Of a stretch of 64,000 nt of DNA, positions 42,305 to 52,972 are shown piece after piece. A model generated the notes under the pieces. The model was not told the origin of the DNA. It did not search any database and worked only from the letters and a program-made list of their open reading frames with translations. The DNA is from Methanobacteriota archaeon. GTDB lineage: Archaea; Halobacteriota; Bog-38; Methanoflorentales; Methanoflorentaceae. The stretch spans positions 256,001-320,000 of the forward strand of contig CAVRAO010000008.1 in NCBI GenBank assembly GCA_963719035.1, in the 5' to 3' direction. The position numbers were made by a program, and so were the translations under genes. Numbering within the stretch: position 1 is the stretch's first letter; every line of letters begins with the position of its first letter.

Positions 42305-43108
42305 TCACCTTATCTGTGCAACCAAAGGGGCTTGCCTTTTGTGTGTAGCGCGCTGTACTTGCTCGGAGATTGCTTGAACTTGACGCAATTCCACGCCCAG
42401 CAGTTGGGCTGTTTGCTCAACAGTTTTCTTCTTATCTATTAGTTCACACAAAATTCGATCGAGCAGCGAATAGGAGATGCCGAGTTCTTCCTCATCTGTT
42501 TGTCCTAACCATAGTCCAGCTGAGGGCGCCTTCGAAATTATTCTTTCCGGAATATTTAGATGCCGCGCTAGCTGAAAAACTTGAGTCTTGTAGAGGCCAC
42601 CGATAGGCAGAACGTCCACACCGCCGTCTCCGTACTTGGTGAAGTAGCCAGTGAGCAGCTCTGTTCGATTGCCTGTTCCCAAAACTAGTCGGCGTTCAGC
42701 GTTCGATGCAACATAGTTGAGAGCCATTCTAATTCGAGGCTTCAAATTTGCCTCGGCTATCGAAAGTTGGTCGAGTGTGTGAGCAGGCAGGATCGGCTTC
42801 GCCGATTCTTTGAAGCAGTTGACTAGGTCATTGATGTCAATTATCGTAAACGAGAGCTTATACGCTTCAGCGATAGAAGTTGCATCGAGCACGTCTTGCT
42901 CTGACGTAACTCCTTTTTCCGGCAATATCAACGCTTTCGTATTTACAACGTCGTGCGCCAATGCCGCGACAACTGACGAATCAATTCCCCCACTCAAAGC
43001 AACAACTGCACCTCGAGCATTGGCAGATTGTACTCTAGCTTTTATGAAGCGTTTGAGCTGCCTCAGGATTTTGCCTAAAGCATCTTCATTCAACGCAAGC
43101 GAATACAT
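42305..43108 (-). CDS. nadE: NH3-dependent NAD+ synthetase
   Basis: SGGIDS, GYFTKYGDG, PSAGLW.GQTDE. Confidence 0.95.
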   Translation of the reverse strand: MYSLALNEDALGKILRQLKRFIKARVQSANARGAVVALSGGIDSSVVAALAHDVVNTKALILPEKGVTSEQDVLDATSIAEAYKLSFTIIDINDLVNCFKESAKPILPAHTLDQLSIAEANLKPRIRMALNYVASNAERRLVLGTGNRTELLTGYFTKYGDGGVDVLPIGGLYKTQVFQLARHLNIPERIISKAPSAGLWLGQTDEEELGISYSLLDRILCELIDKKKTVEQTAQLLGVELRQVQAISEQVQRATHKRQAPLVAQIR

Positions 43109-43120
43109 GGTTGAAAGTGG

Positions 43121-44279
43121 TCAATCGCTAGCGCCAAAAACATCTTTGACTGTGCTAAAGACTTTGGACTTTCGGCTGGCTTTCACGATTGTTTCGCCGC
43201 TTATAGATGCAAGCTCTTGAAAAAGCGCTTTTTCCCTTTCGGTCAGATTCTTTGGAATCTCAACGATTAACGTCGTGTATTGACTGCCCCGACCACGCCC
43301 GTGAATGCTTGGGGCGCCCTTGTCTTTCAAACGTATCGTTGTACCGCTTTGCGTTCCTGCGTGAAGATCTACCATTAAAGCGCCATATACAGACGGCACT
43401 TCAATTTTCCCGCCCAACGCTGCCGTTGAGACGCTTATAGTTACGTCACAATAGATGTCATCGCCTTCGCGTTTGAACACGGGATGTGGTCTAACGTGAA
43501 TAACTATAAGCAAATCACCCGGGGGCCCGCCACGGACCCCTACAGAACCTTCACCCGCTTTTCGGATGTGTAAGCCTGAATATGCCCCTTCTGGAACCTT
43601 GATAGGGACTGTCTTCGTAGATTTGACCCTTCCAGGTACTCTTACAATGCTTGCATTTGGTCTCGAATATTTTACCTTCACCTTGACACTCGGGGCAAGT
43701 TTCGATCCTGATAACCTGGCCCCCAAAGATGTTCTGAGCACGCTGTATCTCGCCTCTACCGCCACAGGAAGGGCACGTTTTTATGTCACTGCCTGGTTCG
43801 GCACCTGTTCCTGCGCAGTTATCACAGCGTTGATATCGAGATACTTTTAGTTTGACTTCAGCCCCAAAAATTGACTCTTCAAATGATAATTCGACGTCGG
43901 CTTGCAAATCGGGACCTCGTCGCGGACCTGTCGGACGCGTCCTTGTTTGGGTTCCGAATGGACTGGTACCGAAGCCCCCTCCGAAGAATGTCTCGAAAAT
44001 ATCTGAAAAGTCGCCAAATCCGCCGCTATCGCTGAATCCTGCTCCAGACGAAGCTTGCTCGAAACCTGCGTGGCCAACCCTGTCATAGGTTGAGCGTTTG
44101 CTTGGATTGCTGAGTGTCTCATAAGCCTCAGTAATCTCCTTAAACTTGTCTTCTGCCTCGCTTTTGTCGGGGCAAACATCAGGATGATATTTTAAAGCAA
44201 GTTTTCTATAGGCTTTCTTTATCTCTGCCTCTGTGGCAGTCTTGTCGACTCCTAGCACTTCGTAATAATCACGTTTCAT
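43121..44279 (-). CDS. dnaJ: Chaperone DnaJ (one-base frameshift near 43635)
   Basis: J-domain HPD, G/F region, CxxCxGxG repeats; C-terminal domain in the adjacent frame. Confidence 0.92.
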
Positions 44280-44295
44280 GAGGTCTATTTACGCA

Positions 44296-46089
44296 CTACT
44301 TCTCGTCGACTACCTCGTAGTCCGATTCTTCGGTCGGGGGTTCTTGTTTTGCTTCTTCTGCAGTCTTAGCGTAGAGCTCGGTCGTAATTTGATAAATCGT
44401 GTTCGTTAGTTGTTCTGTTGCCTGTTTAATGGCTTGGATGTCTGTACCGTTGAGGGCCTCGCGCACTTTTTCGATTTCGGTCGAAACCTTGCTCTTATTA
44501 GAAGCGTCGACCTTATCTCCAGACTCTCTCAATGTTTTTTCGGCCGTGTATACCATAGAATCCGCGCTGTTTCTGATCTCCGCTTCTTCTTTCTTCTTTC
44601 GATCCTCATCAGCGTGGGCCTCAGCATCTTTGACTAATTGATTAATCTCTTCTTCACTAAGGCTGCTGGTTGCCGTTATAGTAATCTTCTGCTCGTTACC
44701 CGTTCCCAAATCCTTTGCCGAAACGTGCACAATACCGTTAGCGTCTATATCAAAGGTGACGTCGATCTGGGGAACCCCTCGCGGCGCAGGGGGGATTCCG
44801 ACTAACTGAAATCGCCCGAGGGTTTTGTTGCCGACAGCCATTTCACGTTCACCCTGAAGCACGTGAATCTCAACAGAGGTCTGGCTATCAGCTGCAGTCG
44901 AAAATATTTGAGATTTCTTGGTAGGAATAGTGGTATTCTTTTCAATGAGTTTAGTGAACACGCCACCGAGAGTCTCTATTCCCAAGGATAAGGGAGTGAC
45001 GTCGAGCAGCAACACATCTTTCACCTCGCCGACAAGAATGCCGGCTTGGATTGCAGCGCCGATTGCCACGCATTCGTCCGGGTTAATGCCACGATCGGGC
45101 TCTTTGCCAAGGTATTGCTTTATGGCGTTTTGCACCGAAGGAGTGCGAGTAGAGCCCCCGACTAGTAGGATGCGGTTGATGTCCTTTGGCTCAAGCTTCG
45201 CGTCTTTCATAGCCTGTCTCATCGGCCCCATCGTCTTTTCGACCAAATCCTCCGTCAGCTTGTCAAACTGCGCCCGCGTTAACGACATGTCCAGGTGCTT
45301 TGGGCCATTTTGATCTGCCGTGATAAACGGGAGGTTTATTGCGGCACTGGTCAACGTTGACAACTCGATCTTAGCCTTCTCTGCCGCCTCCTTGAGTCTC
45401 TGCAAAGCCATCTTATCGTCTCTGAGATCGATGCCGTGGTCCTTCTTGAACTGATCGGCAAGATAGTCGATAATCCTTTGATCAAAGTCATCGCCACCGA
45501 GCAGGTTATTGCCGTTAGTAGCCTTTACGTGAAATACCCCGTCACCGATATCCAATATCGACACGTCAAAAGTTCCCCCGCCAAGATCAAAAACCAAAAT
45601 CTTCTGGTCTTCTGCTTTATCTAAGCCGTACGCGAGGGCTGATGCTGTTGGTTCGTTAATAATCCGCAAGACTTCAAGACCTGCTATAGTACCTGCGTCT
45701 TTCGTGGCTTGACGCTGACTATCGTTGAAATACGCAGGGACAGTGACAACGGCTTGGCTCACCTTCTCACCAAGATAATTCTCAGCATCTTGCCGCAATT
45801 TCTGTATGATCATTGCTGAGATTTCTTGTGGTGTGTAGGTCTTACCTTCAATAGCGACCGTGAAGTTGGAGCCCATCTTCCTTTTTATGGACGAAATCGT
45901 GTGATCTGGATTAGTAATCGCCTGCCTTTTAGCAATCTCGCCTACAACTCGTTCATTCTTCACGAAAGCTACCACAGAGGGCGTCGTTCGATTTCCTTCT
46001 GCGTTTGGAATTACTACTGGTTCGCCCCCTTCCATGACTGCGACGACAGAGTTAGTCGTTCCCAAATCTATGCCTATTACCTTGCTCAT
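44296..46089 (-). CDS. dnaK: Chaperone DnaK
   Basis: [25 protein letters not shown]. Confidence 0.98.
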   Translation of the reverse strand: MSKVIGIDLGTTNSVVAVMEGGEPVVIPNAEGNRTTPSVVAFVKNERVVGEIAKRQAITNPDHTISSIKRKMGSNFTVAIEGKTYTPQEISAMIIQKLRQDAENYLGEKVSQAVVTVPAYFNDSQRQATKDAGTIAGLEVLRIINEPTASALAYGLDKAEDQKILVFDLGGGTFDVSILDIGDGVFHVKATNGNNLLGGDDFDQRIIDYLADQFKKDHGIDLRDDKMALQRLKEAAEKAKIELSTLTSAAINLPFITADQNGPKHLDMSLTRAQFDKLTEDLVEKTMGPMRQAMKDAKLEPKDINRILLVGGSTRTPSVQNAIKQYLGKEPDRGINPDECVAIGAAIQAGILVGEVKDVLLLDVTPLSLGIETLGGVFTKLIEKNTTIPTKKSQIFSTAADSQTSVEIHVLQGEREMAVGNKTLGRFQLVGIPPAPRGVPQIDVTFDIDANGIVHVSAKDLGTGNEQKITITATSSLSEEEINQLVKDAEAHADEDRKKKEEAEIRNSADSMVYTAEKTLRESGDKVDASNKSKVSTEIEKVREALNGTDIQAIKQATEQLTNTIYQITTELYAKTAEEAKQEPPTEESDYEVVDEK

Positions 46090-46616
46090 TTGTCCACCCT
46101 ATTTGTGCTTTTGTTGACCTTCACTTTGGAAGGCCGAACCACCTTTTCATGAAGCTTATAGCCCTTTTGAATCTCCTCAGTTATCACGTTATCTGGTAGG
46201 CTAGTATCACCTTCAGTCATAATTGCCTCGTGCAAATGCGGATCAAAAAACTCTCCGACCGACTTTATGCTCGTGACGCCGCTCTTGCCAAGAATATCGC
46301 ATAGCTGTTTGTGTATCAATTCGATTCCTTCAGAAATGCCTTGGTTGCTTTCAGTCCGCAGTGCCTGAGCAGCTCGTTCAAGGTTGTCAGAGATGACAAG
46401 CAATTCCTTAATCAGTTCAACAGATGCGTACTTTGAGAGATGCTCACTTTGTGTCTTAGTTCGCCGCTTAAAGTTTTCAAAGTCAGCCTGAAGCCTTTGT
46501 AGGCGCGAGAAGTATTCCTCATTCTGTTTCTTGACGCTGTCAAGTTCCGTTAAAAGAGCTGTTTCCGCAGCGGGAATTTCGACTTCGATAAGCTCTTGGT
46601 CATCATCTTGTGGAAT
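46086..46616 (-). CDS. grpE: Nucleotide exchange factor GrpE, apparent ATT start
   Basis: Frame extends upstream of the ORF-track start through [12 protein letters not shown]; [18 protein letters not shown]. Confidence 0.9.
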   Translation of the reverse strand: MPQDDDQELIEVEIPAAETALLTELDSVKKQNEEYFSRLQRLQADFENFKRRTKTQSEHLSKYASVELIKELLVISDNLERAAQALRTESNQGISEGIELIHKQLCDILGKSGVTSIKSVGEFFDPHLHEAIMTEGDTSLPDNVITEEIQKGYKLHEKVVRPSKVKVNKSTNRVDK

Positions 46617-46659
46617 CGGCGATACCCCCTCCAGAAAAAGACTGTATTTTTTTTATATG

Positions 46660-46695
46660 TTTGCACTTCTATATAAAAGCTCTTAAGAGAGCTAA
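46660..46695 (-). promoter_or_regulatory. grpE-dnaK-dnaJ promoter: TATA box flanked by a CIRCE-like inverted repeat
   Basis: Minus strand TTAGCTCTC-TTAAGAGCTTTTATATAG-AAGTGCAAA. Confidence 0.45.
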
Positions 46696-46852
46696 ATTGA
46701 AAAAGATCGAGTCTGTGCGCCTTTTTTTTAAGTTCTACTTTCACATCTAGTCGTTCTGGTTAGTCGCTCCAATTCTCCTTTGTCCTACAGCTAAAACGTA
46801 AAACTCACTTCAAATTTTTATCGCAGGATTGCGTTGACGGCCTTTTACCGCC

Positions 46853-48067
46853 TTAAACAATATTGCTGTAATTGTCGATATCCTTTCTGATTGTCGTTGC
46901 CGATTCAACGGTACAATGTACTCCAACGATTTTTCCCGCCTCGACGAGAATTCCATGCCCAAAACGACAGTTCTCTCCAATTATAGCGCCCAAGTTCATT
47001 ACGTGGTGGAGCTCTCCATCGAGAAACGGCATCGCAATCTTTGTTTGCTCGGTAATGAAATGCGAACCGATCATCGTATTTTTACCTATGATTGAGTTTG
47101 CGACAAGCGAATGAGAACCTAACCGCACATCATTCATTATCAAAGAGTTTCGCACTTCAGTAAAAGAGTCAATCGTAACGCCGTTGCCAATGCTCGTTGA
47201 CGGTAAAATGGTGACATTAGGTCCAATCTCAACATCTCTGCCTATCACAACTGGTCCAAGCACGTACGATCCTGATCTTATGATCGAATTCTCTCCTACG
47301 ATAACGCTTCCTCGCACTTTCGCATCGTCTTCTACCTGGCCATTCTGTTGCGAGGATACATCTTTGATGGAAGAAAGCACCGCAGCATTTGCAGTGAGTA
47401 GATCCCACGGATAGCTCGCGTCGATCCACATAGACGTCGTATGAACCCCAGTAACGTCGTAATGCTTCTCAATCATCCTCTGAATGGTGTCTGTGATCTC
47501 ATATTCTCCTCTTGGGGATATCTTGGTATAGGGAATTTCGTTAAATGCTGCCGGCGTGAAAACATAGATCCCTGTGTTAATATAATGGCTAATATCCGTG
47601 CCCGGTTTTTCGATTATTTGCGTTACGCGGTTTCCTTCCGTTATTGCGACCCCATAACCCTTGACGTTTTCTTTTACAGTCAAAAGTAGCGTTACGTCGC
47701 CAGATGCATTATCCAAGACCTCTTCAATAGCCTCCGGACTGGTTAAGTTATCACCATTTAGAACTAAGAATTTTTCTTCGATTGAATCTTCAGCTAGCTT
47801 AATCGCATGGGCCGTTCCGAGCTGTTGTGGCTGCTCAACATATGTTATTTCTACGCCGAATTTCTTCCCACCTTCGAAGTAGTTCATTACTTTTTCTTTC
47901 TTGTAGCCAACTACAAGACTTATGTCGGTAACACCGCTCCTAGCAAGAGAGTCAATCACATATTCAAGGATGGGACGGTTAGCTACAGGCACCATCGCTT
48001 TTGGTTGAGTCAATGTAAATGGCCTTAAACGCGTTCCTTCCCCTGCAGCTAGGACAATAGCTTTCAC
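46853..48067 (-). CDS. GlmU-like sugar-phosphate nucleotidylyltransferase with hexapeptide domain
   Basis: LAAGEGTRLRP, LGTAHA, RGEYEITD, LbH repeats. Confidence 0.9.
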   Translation of the reverse strand: MKAIVLAAGEGTRLRPFTLTQPKAMVPVANRPILEYVIDSLARSGVTDISLVVGYKKEKVMNYFEGGKKFGVEITYVEQPQQLGTAHAIKLAEDSIEEKFLVLNGDNLTSPEAIEEVLDNASGDVTLLLTVKENVKGYGVAITEGNRVTQIIEKPGTDISHYINTGIYVFTPAAFNEIPYTKISPRGEYEITDTIQRMIEKHYDVTGVHTTSMWIDASYPWDLLTANAAVLSSIKDVSSQQNGQVEDDAKVRGSVIVGENSIIRSGSYVLGPVVIGRDVEIGPNVTILPSTSIGNGVTIDSFTEVRNSLIMNDVRLGSHSLVANSIIGKNTMIGSHFITEQTKIAMPFLDGELHHVMNLGAIIGENCRFGHGILVEAGKIVGVHCTVESATTIRKDIDNYSNIV

Positions 48068-48188
48068 TGTACCCCTTCGCACATCTATACGGAAAATAAC
48101 TATATAGCCGTTACTTATCATGCTGATTGGGACGCAGAAGTTGAAGTCTTGTTGTTGCAGGTGCTAACGCTTGCAGATGTGGTCACTT

Positions 48189-49805
48189 ATGAAAGGAGAG
48201 CAATGCAAGAACCTTGAGGAGCTTACAAGCGCTGTCGTAGACAACGCCATTTTCCCTGATAACGAAATACTAGGCAAGCGAAAAGAGTTTGCCAAACACA
48301 TCGAAGCTTTCCACAACGATTCCCAAATCCCACTCTGCATAGACTATGATGGAATCGTCGTGATGACTGCACACCAGCCAAATTTTTTTCCGTACAGCGG
48401 AGTTGTACGAAAGGCAGTACTACTTCACGCTGTGGCAGAACATTTGCGAGAGCGGCTTAACTGTCCTGTAGCGGAGCTATTCTGCTTTGCTGACCAAGAC
48501 TTCGCAGATGAAAGATGGTTCCGAGAAGCGCAACTCCCGAGCGTTAGAAACAAAAACGGAACTCTCAGCCTCCATTTAAAGGTCGCTGACATTTACAATA
48601 ACAAGATCCTCCATGCTGTTCCGAAACCTGAAAGTGATGAAGTTGAGAAAATAAAAAATGAAATTCAGCGGTGGGTCTCTGAATCAAAAGAGTCAATATT
48701 AAAAAGCTCGAAGCGATTGGGGTTAGATGTCCCCGACGTTTGCTTAGAGACAAGATCTGTCTTCGAACTTATTGATCGCGCAGGAGAGCGAAGCACAAAC
48801 GCTGCTGATTTTAACGCTTTTTTTTTAGCATACCTTATCGAACAGTCTGGTCATAAAACTGCTTTCGCACGCTTTTCTGAATGTCAACAGGTATTCCGTG
48901 ATGAAATCGCTTTTATGTTAGAAAACGCCGACCAATACGCAAGATTGATGGCTGAATCACAGAAAAAGCCTACTTTCGCACCTCACACCCCGATTTGGTA
49001 CCATTGCCCTTGCAACGGAAAGGCAGACGTCGAGGCAAGGTCTACTCACGACTGCGCGCTCGTCACTAGGTGTCGTGCGTGTAACACGACCTCCGAGTTT
49101 AAAGGCAACTTGCGCTCAGCGTTGCAGCAGATGTTGCCAAACGTGTCGCTGCGAGCAGAAGCTATGCTCATCGCTTTCAGCGGCATCGGCATTACATTCT
49201 ATGTTGGAGGCATGGGAGGTACCGAATATCTCCGCAGAGCCGCAAAGATCGCTGACGCCCTTGGCGTACGTTTTCCAGTTGTCTCAACGTGGAGGCCCAA
49301 AGATGTTTACGGAGGCGTCGGCCAGTTGGATGCAATGCTAGAACTTTTAAGGGTTAAGGCTCAATACAATCTTGTTCAGGACGACGAGAAGTGCGACGTA
49401 GCAATTCTGCAGCGCGAGTTGGATGACATGTTAGCGGACCTAGATGGGGCGATCTGCGCGCTCGACAATCTCAAAATTGCCGTTGCAAATAGGAAGGTTG
49501 ATGGTTTTAAAGAGAAAATAGGTTTCATCGTCAACATGCAAACTCAGTTGAAGACGCAATTTGAACGGAATAAGATCGCAAGAGATCGTTCGATTGTGGC
49601 CAACACAAAAAAGACACTCAGCATGGTTCCCTCTATCATCGATTATGCAGTCAACATCGGTGTGCAATCGACCACCGCACAATGGTTGGCCGCACTGGAA
49701 CAAAACACGCATTTTGACGAGACGTTGCTACTGAAGACCAATACTGCAATGGACGCGTTATTCGACGAGACAAGACAATTATGCGTCGGTGATTTGTTTG
49801 AATAG
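48189..49805 (+). CDS. BshC-like (WbqC-like N-terminal motif) putative amino-acid ligase with a Zn-ribbon-like insert
   Basis: VVMTAHQPNFF, PVAELFCFADQD, YVGGMGGTEY, C-terminal coiled coil; CPC/CRAC. Confidence 0.55.
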   Translation: MKGEQCKNLEELTSAVVDNAIFPDNEILGKRKEFAKHIEAFHNDSQIPLCIDYDGIVVMTAHQPNFFPYSGVVRKAVLLHAVAEHLRERLNCPVAELFCFADQDFADERWFREAQLPSVRNKNGTLSLHLKVADIYNNKILHAVPKPESDEVEKIKNEIQRWVSESKESILKSSKRLGLDVPDVCLETRSVFELIDRAGERSTNAADFNAFFLAYLIEQSGHKTAFARFSECQQVFRDEIAFMLENADQYARLMAESQKKPTFAPHTPIWYHCPCNGKADVEARSTHDCALVTRCRACNTTSEFKGNLRSALQQMLPNVSLRAEAMLIAFSGIGITFYVGGMGGTEYLRRAAKIADALGVRFPVVSTWRPKDVYGGVGQLDAMLELLRVKAQYNLVQDDEKCDVAILQRELDDMLADLDGAICALDNLKIAVANRKVDGFKEKIGFIVNMQTQLKTQFERNKIARDRSIVANTKKTLSMVPSIIDYAVNIGVQSTTAQWLAALEQNTHFDETLLLKTNTAMDALFDETRQLCVGDLFE

Positions 49806-50421
49806 AGTAGTGCTAGCGATCGGCGCTCATCCTGATGACTGTGAATTAGGTTGCTACGCCACGTTAGCCTATCACAAAAGCAAAGGCGACTCGGTTCACC
49901 TCATGATACTCTCAAAAGGCGAGGCGGGGGGACCAAGTGAAAAAAGAATTACAGAGAGCAAAGAAGCCGCCCGGGTACTTGGTGCGGATAGCATCACGAT
50001 CGGCGACCTAAGAGATCGGATGATTACAACTGACTATCAGACAATCGAGCTTATTCAGGCAAAGTTAGAGGAATTACAGCCGGACAGGATATACACTCAC
50101 AGCCCGCACGATAATCATCAAGATCATCGAAATGCTGCGTTAGCAACTATGACGCTTTACCGGCATGTTGACGATATATTCCTTTATGAGTCCCCGAGCG
50201 TGTCACACGAGTTCACTCCGCGGGTTTTTGTCAATATAACGCGTTTCTTCCATGTCAAAAACGAGGCTTTAAAACTCCACGAAACACAGAATAACAAATA
50301 TTACGTTAGAACAGAAGCGATCGCTGCTCTTGCTCAGTATCGCGCTTTTCAGGCTGGGATGCTAACTACGTATAATCACAGCAAAGCTGAAGCTTTCGAT
50401 CTAGCAAAATTAACTTTATAA
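49789..50421 (+). CDS. PIG-L/LmbE (BshB/MshB-like) N-acetylsugar deacetylase
   Basis: GAHPDDCELG and HQDH metal motifs. Confidence 0.9.
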   Translation: MICLNRVVLAIGAHPDDCELGCYATLAYHKSKGDSVHLMILSKGEAGGPSEKRITESKEAARVLGADSITIGDLRDRMITTDYQTIELIQAKLEELQPDRIYTHSPHDNHQDHRNAALATMTLYRHVDDIFLYESPSVSHEFTPRVFVNITRFFHVKNEALKLHETQNNKYYVRTEAIAALAQYRAFQAGMLTTYNHSKAEAFDLAKLTL

Positions 50422-50450
50422 CCATCTACCCGCGAAGACATTAAAGAGGG

Positions 50451-50789
50451 TTAAGCACCTTTTCGAGGTTTAACCACCCTACGCCTGTCTTTGACCGCCA
50501 AGCCCGCTGCTCTTAACGCCCATATAATTAGGAAAAAGATGGTTACGAGGGTAAGAGCGGCCAGCAGGCTGTAAGGAGTGATTCCGCCTGTGAGACTTAT
50601 GAGCGATTGAGAATAGCTCATGAGAAGCCCAATCGTAACTACAATTGTAATGCTTAATCCGATAGATATTGCGAGCCGCTCGGTCACTTCTAGTTGATTT
50701 AATCGTGGAAAAAATGCGAGCGACATAGCGAACCCCGGAACGACAAGGACAGCAATGAAAGCAAGAGCAATTTGTATGATGCTCGACAT
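50451..50789 (-). CDS. DUF1616-like membrane protein
   Basis: VPGF..AFFP...ERLAISIGLS. Confidence 0.75.
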   Translation of the reverse strand: MSSIIQIALAFIAVLVVPGFAMSLAFFPRLNQLEVTERLAISIGLSITIVVTIGLLMSYSQSLISLTGGITPYSLLAALTLVTIFFLIIWALRAAGLAVKDRRRVVKPRKGA

Positions 50790-50908
50790 GACTCCTCCAA
50801 ACTCATATACTTCAGATAAACGTGGGACCCTAGGACATGCTTTACGCAAATAGAGGTTGAACGAACCTAACCTTTTTCTCTAAAAATGAAGCAACAAAAT
50901 CAATCTTT

Positions 50909-51820
50909 TTAACTCATAAAGCGACTTAACTTTTCAAGACCGTCAGTGATTTTAGTTTCTGGCTCATAGTCAATGAGCTTCTTTGCTAAGCTGATATCTG
51001 CCAAAGATCGCCTCCCATCTCCAACCCGCGGCGTTGTGTGTACGATACGTGCATTCGTGGGCACTATTTCTTTTATTTTTTTGGCGAGGTCGTTTATGGA
51101 CGTCTCTACCCCACTTCCGACGTTAATGGCGGTACCCGAAGCTTTACTTTTTGCCGCTAGCAGATTTGCCCGAACTACGTCCCTCACGTAGACGAAATCA
51201 CGAGTTTGCTTACCATCCCCAAATATCTGGATTTTAGCATTTGACCTCGCATCGTAGAAAAACTTACTTATCACACCAGCGTATGCGTTTTCGGGTCGCT
51301 GATATGGCCCGTAGACATTGAAATATCTCAACGAAATCGTGTCAATGCCGTACAAGCTGTGATAAGCGGCCAGATACAGCTCGCCGGAATACTTACTAGC
51401 TGCATATTGTGAAATGGGCCGGATCGGTTGCATCTCGTCAATAGGAAAAACATCTGCATTTCCATAAACGGCAGCGCTCGATGAATAAATAATCTTAGAT
51501 ACATCATTCTTCCGAGCAGCTTCACATACCGAGAGAGACCCTAAAATGTTGTTTTCCAAATCCACAAATGGCTCTCGCGTGCTTGCAACGACATCTACGC
51601 GCGCAGCAGTGTGGAAGACTATATCGACGTCTTTGAGTGCCTCAGAGGTAGTTTCAGCGTCTCGAATGTCACCTTTTATAAAATGAACATTAGGCAATCG
51701 GACCACTCGCGCTACACTGCTAAGATTGTCCAAGATCCGCACTTCTGAGAACTCGTTTGAAAGCAATTCAGCGAGCTGATTGCCGATAAATCCGTATCCG
51801 CCTGTAACTAGCCCAATCAT
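50909..51820 (-). CDS. NAD-dependent nucleotide-sugar epimerase (GalE/WbpP-like)
   Basis: GGYGFIG, SSSAAVYG, YAASK, RYFNVYGP. Confidence 0.9.
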   Translation of the reverse strand: MIGLVTGGYGFIGNQLAELLSNEFSEVRILDNLSSVARVVRLPNVHFIKGDIRDAETTSEALKDVDIVFHTAARVDVVASTREPFVDLENNILGSLSVCEAARKNDVSKIIYSSSAAVYGNADVFPIDEMQPIRPISQYAASKYSGELYLAAYHSLYGIDTISLRYFNVYGPYQRPENAYAGVISKFFYDARSNAKIQIFGDGKQTRDFVYVRDVVRANLLAAKSKASGTAINVGSGVETSINDLAKKIKEIVPTNARIVHTTPRVGDGRRSLADISLAKKLIDYEPETKITDGLEKLSRFMS

Positions 51821-51895
51821 ATCACGAAAACACAAGACAAGTTCATTCCCGTCGGCTAATATTTAAAAGCATCGTCAGGCTTAAAGTGGCTTTCT

Positions 51896-52972
51896 TTAGG
51901 AGGAGCTCCGCTTAGTCTTGGGCCGTCTGAGGGTCCCCCATTTATAAGGATATTCCATCACAAGCTTCTTGTTGTGGCACAATGGGGTGACTTTGTCTGG
52001 GCACGAAGTTAGGCAGTCTCCGTTACAAATTGGCGTAAAATGCCCAAGCTCGTCCCTCATAGTTAATTTACCGAGCGTTGTGCATTGCGTTAGCCGGAAT
52101 AAGGCAGGATTATACTGCTCCAAACATATTGACAGGGTCATTTCGTACTTCCCACATAGCGATTCAACTTGCCTATACAACTTTAGCCGATCCACAAAAC
52201 TGAGAGAGTGATTTCCCTCTTTGAGCGCATATTTGGCTCGTATTTGAGTTCCCAAATCTGAGAATGGGCTATTCTCTATCCTAGAGATAAGTCTGTTAAA
52301 AACCCTACCATTGAAAGTGCCCGTTGATATCGTCACATTCCTAATTCCTATCGAATTTAAAGTCTCAAAAAGCTCGGTAAGTTCGTCGTGATCGTCTGTA
52401 AACCCAGAGATGATCGGATCGACTCTTGCCACCACATCTACGCCTGCGTGTGCGAGCTGCTCTATCGCTCTAAACCTTTTAAAAGCAGGTGGTGCCTTGC
52501 TTAACACGTGCAGTTTCTTCTCATTAATGCTCTCACACGTAAACGAAACGCGAAATCGTTTGTAGTCGAGCCAATTGGTGTCAAGAATTTTAAGCACGAG
52601 GTCTGACTTAGTAACGACAGTGAAGTAGACATCGTGTTTAACAGCAACGCTCATGGAGCGTAAAGCAGTATTATGTACGAGGTCAAGTGGTTGGAAAGGG
52701 TCCGTAACTGCGCAAAAATAGAGTGGGGGGCAGATCGCCACGCTACTTAGCTCAGCGTCGAGCAATTCCGGTGTGTTTTCGTATACTTCAATCGAGCGCC
52801 CATCACGAGACCACGGGTACCCTTTGGCATAGCAATAAACGCAGTCAAAAATACAATCTCCGCTTTTCGTGACATTCACAATTGCTGCGTGCGGACATTT
52901 CCGATGATTGATACGATATGGGAAATCATGGATAAGTCTGCTGCGTCGCTCTATTGGGACTGCTTTTAACAT
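51896..52972 (-). CDS. Radical SAM protein (spore-photoproduct-lyase-like family)
   Basis: CIFDCVYC, TDPFQP, VTKS, RVDPII; Cys-rich C-terminus. Confidence 0.85.
   Translation of the reverse strand: MLKAVPIERRSRLIHDFPYRINHRKCPHAAIVNVTKSGDCIFDCVYCYAKGYPWSRDGRSIEVYENTPELLDAELSSVAICPPLYFCAVTDPFQPLDLVHNTALRSMSVAVKHDVYFTVVTKSDLVLKILDTNWLDYKRFRVSFTCESINEKKLHVLSKAPPAFKRFRAIEQLAHAGVDVVARVDPIISGFTDDHDELTELFETLNSIGIRNVTISTGTFNGRVFNRLISRIENSPFSDLGTQIRAKYALKEGNHSLSFVDRLKLYRQVESLCGKYEMTLSICLEQYNPALFRLTQCTTLGKLTMRDELGHFTPICNGDCLTSCPDKVTPLCHNKKLVMEYPYKWGTLRRPKTKRSSS

Noticed and set aside
46550-46744. 64-aa ORF as a frameshifted grpE N-terminus
   Set aside because: The GrpE-like sequence is continuous in the other frame, and this ORF spans the promoter.
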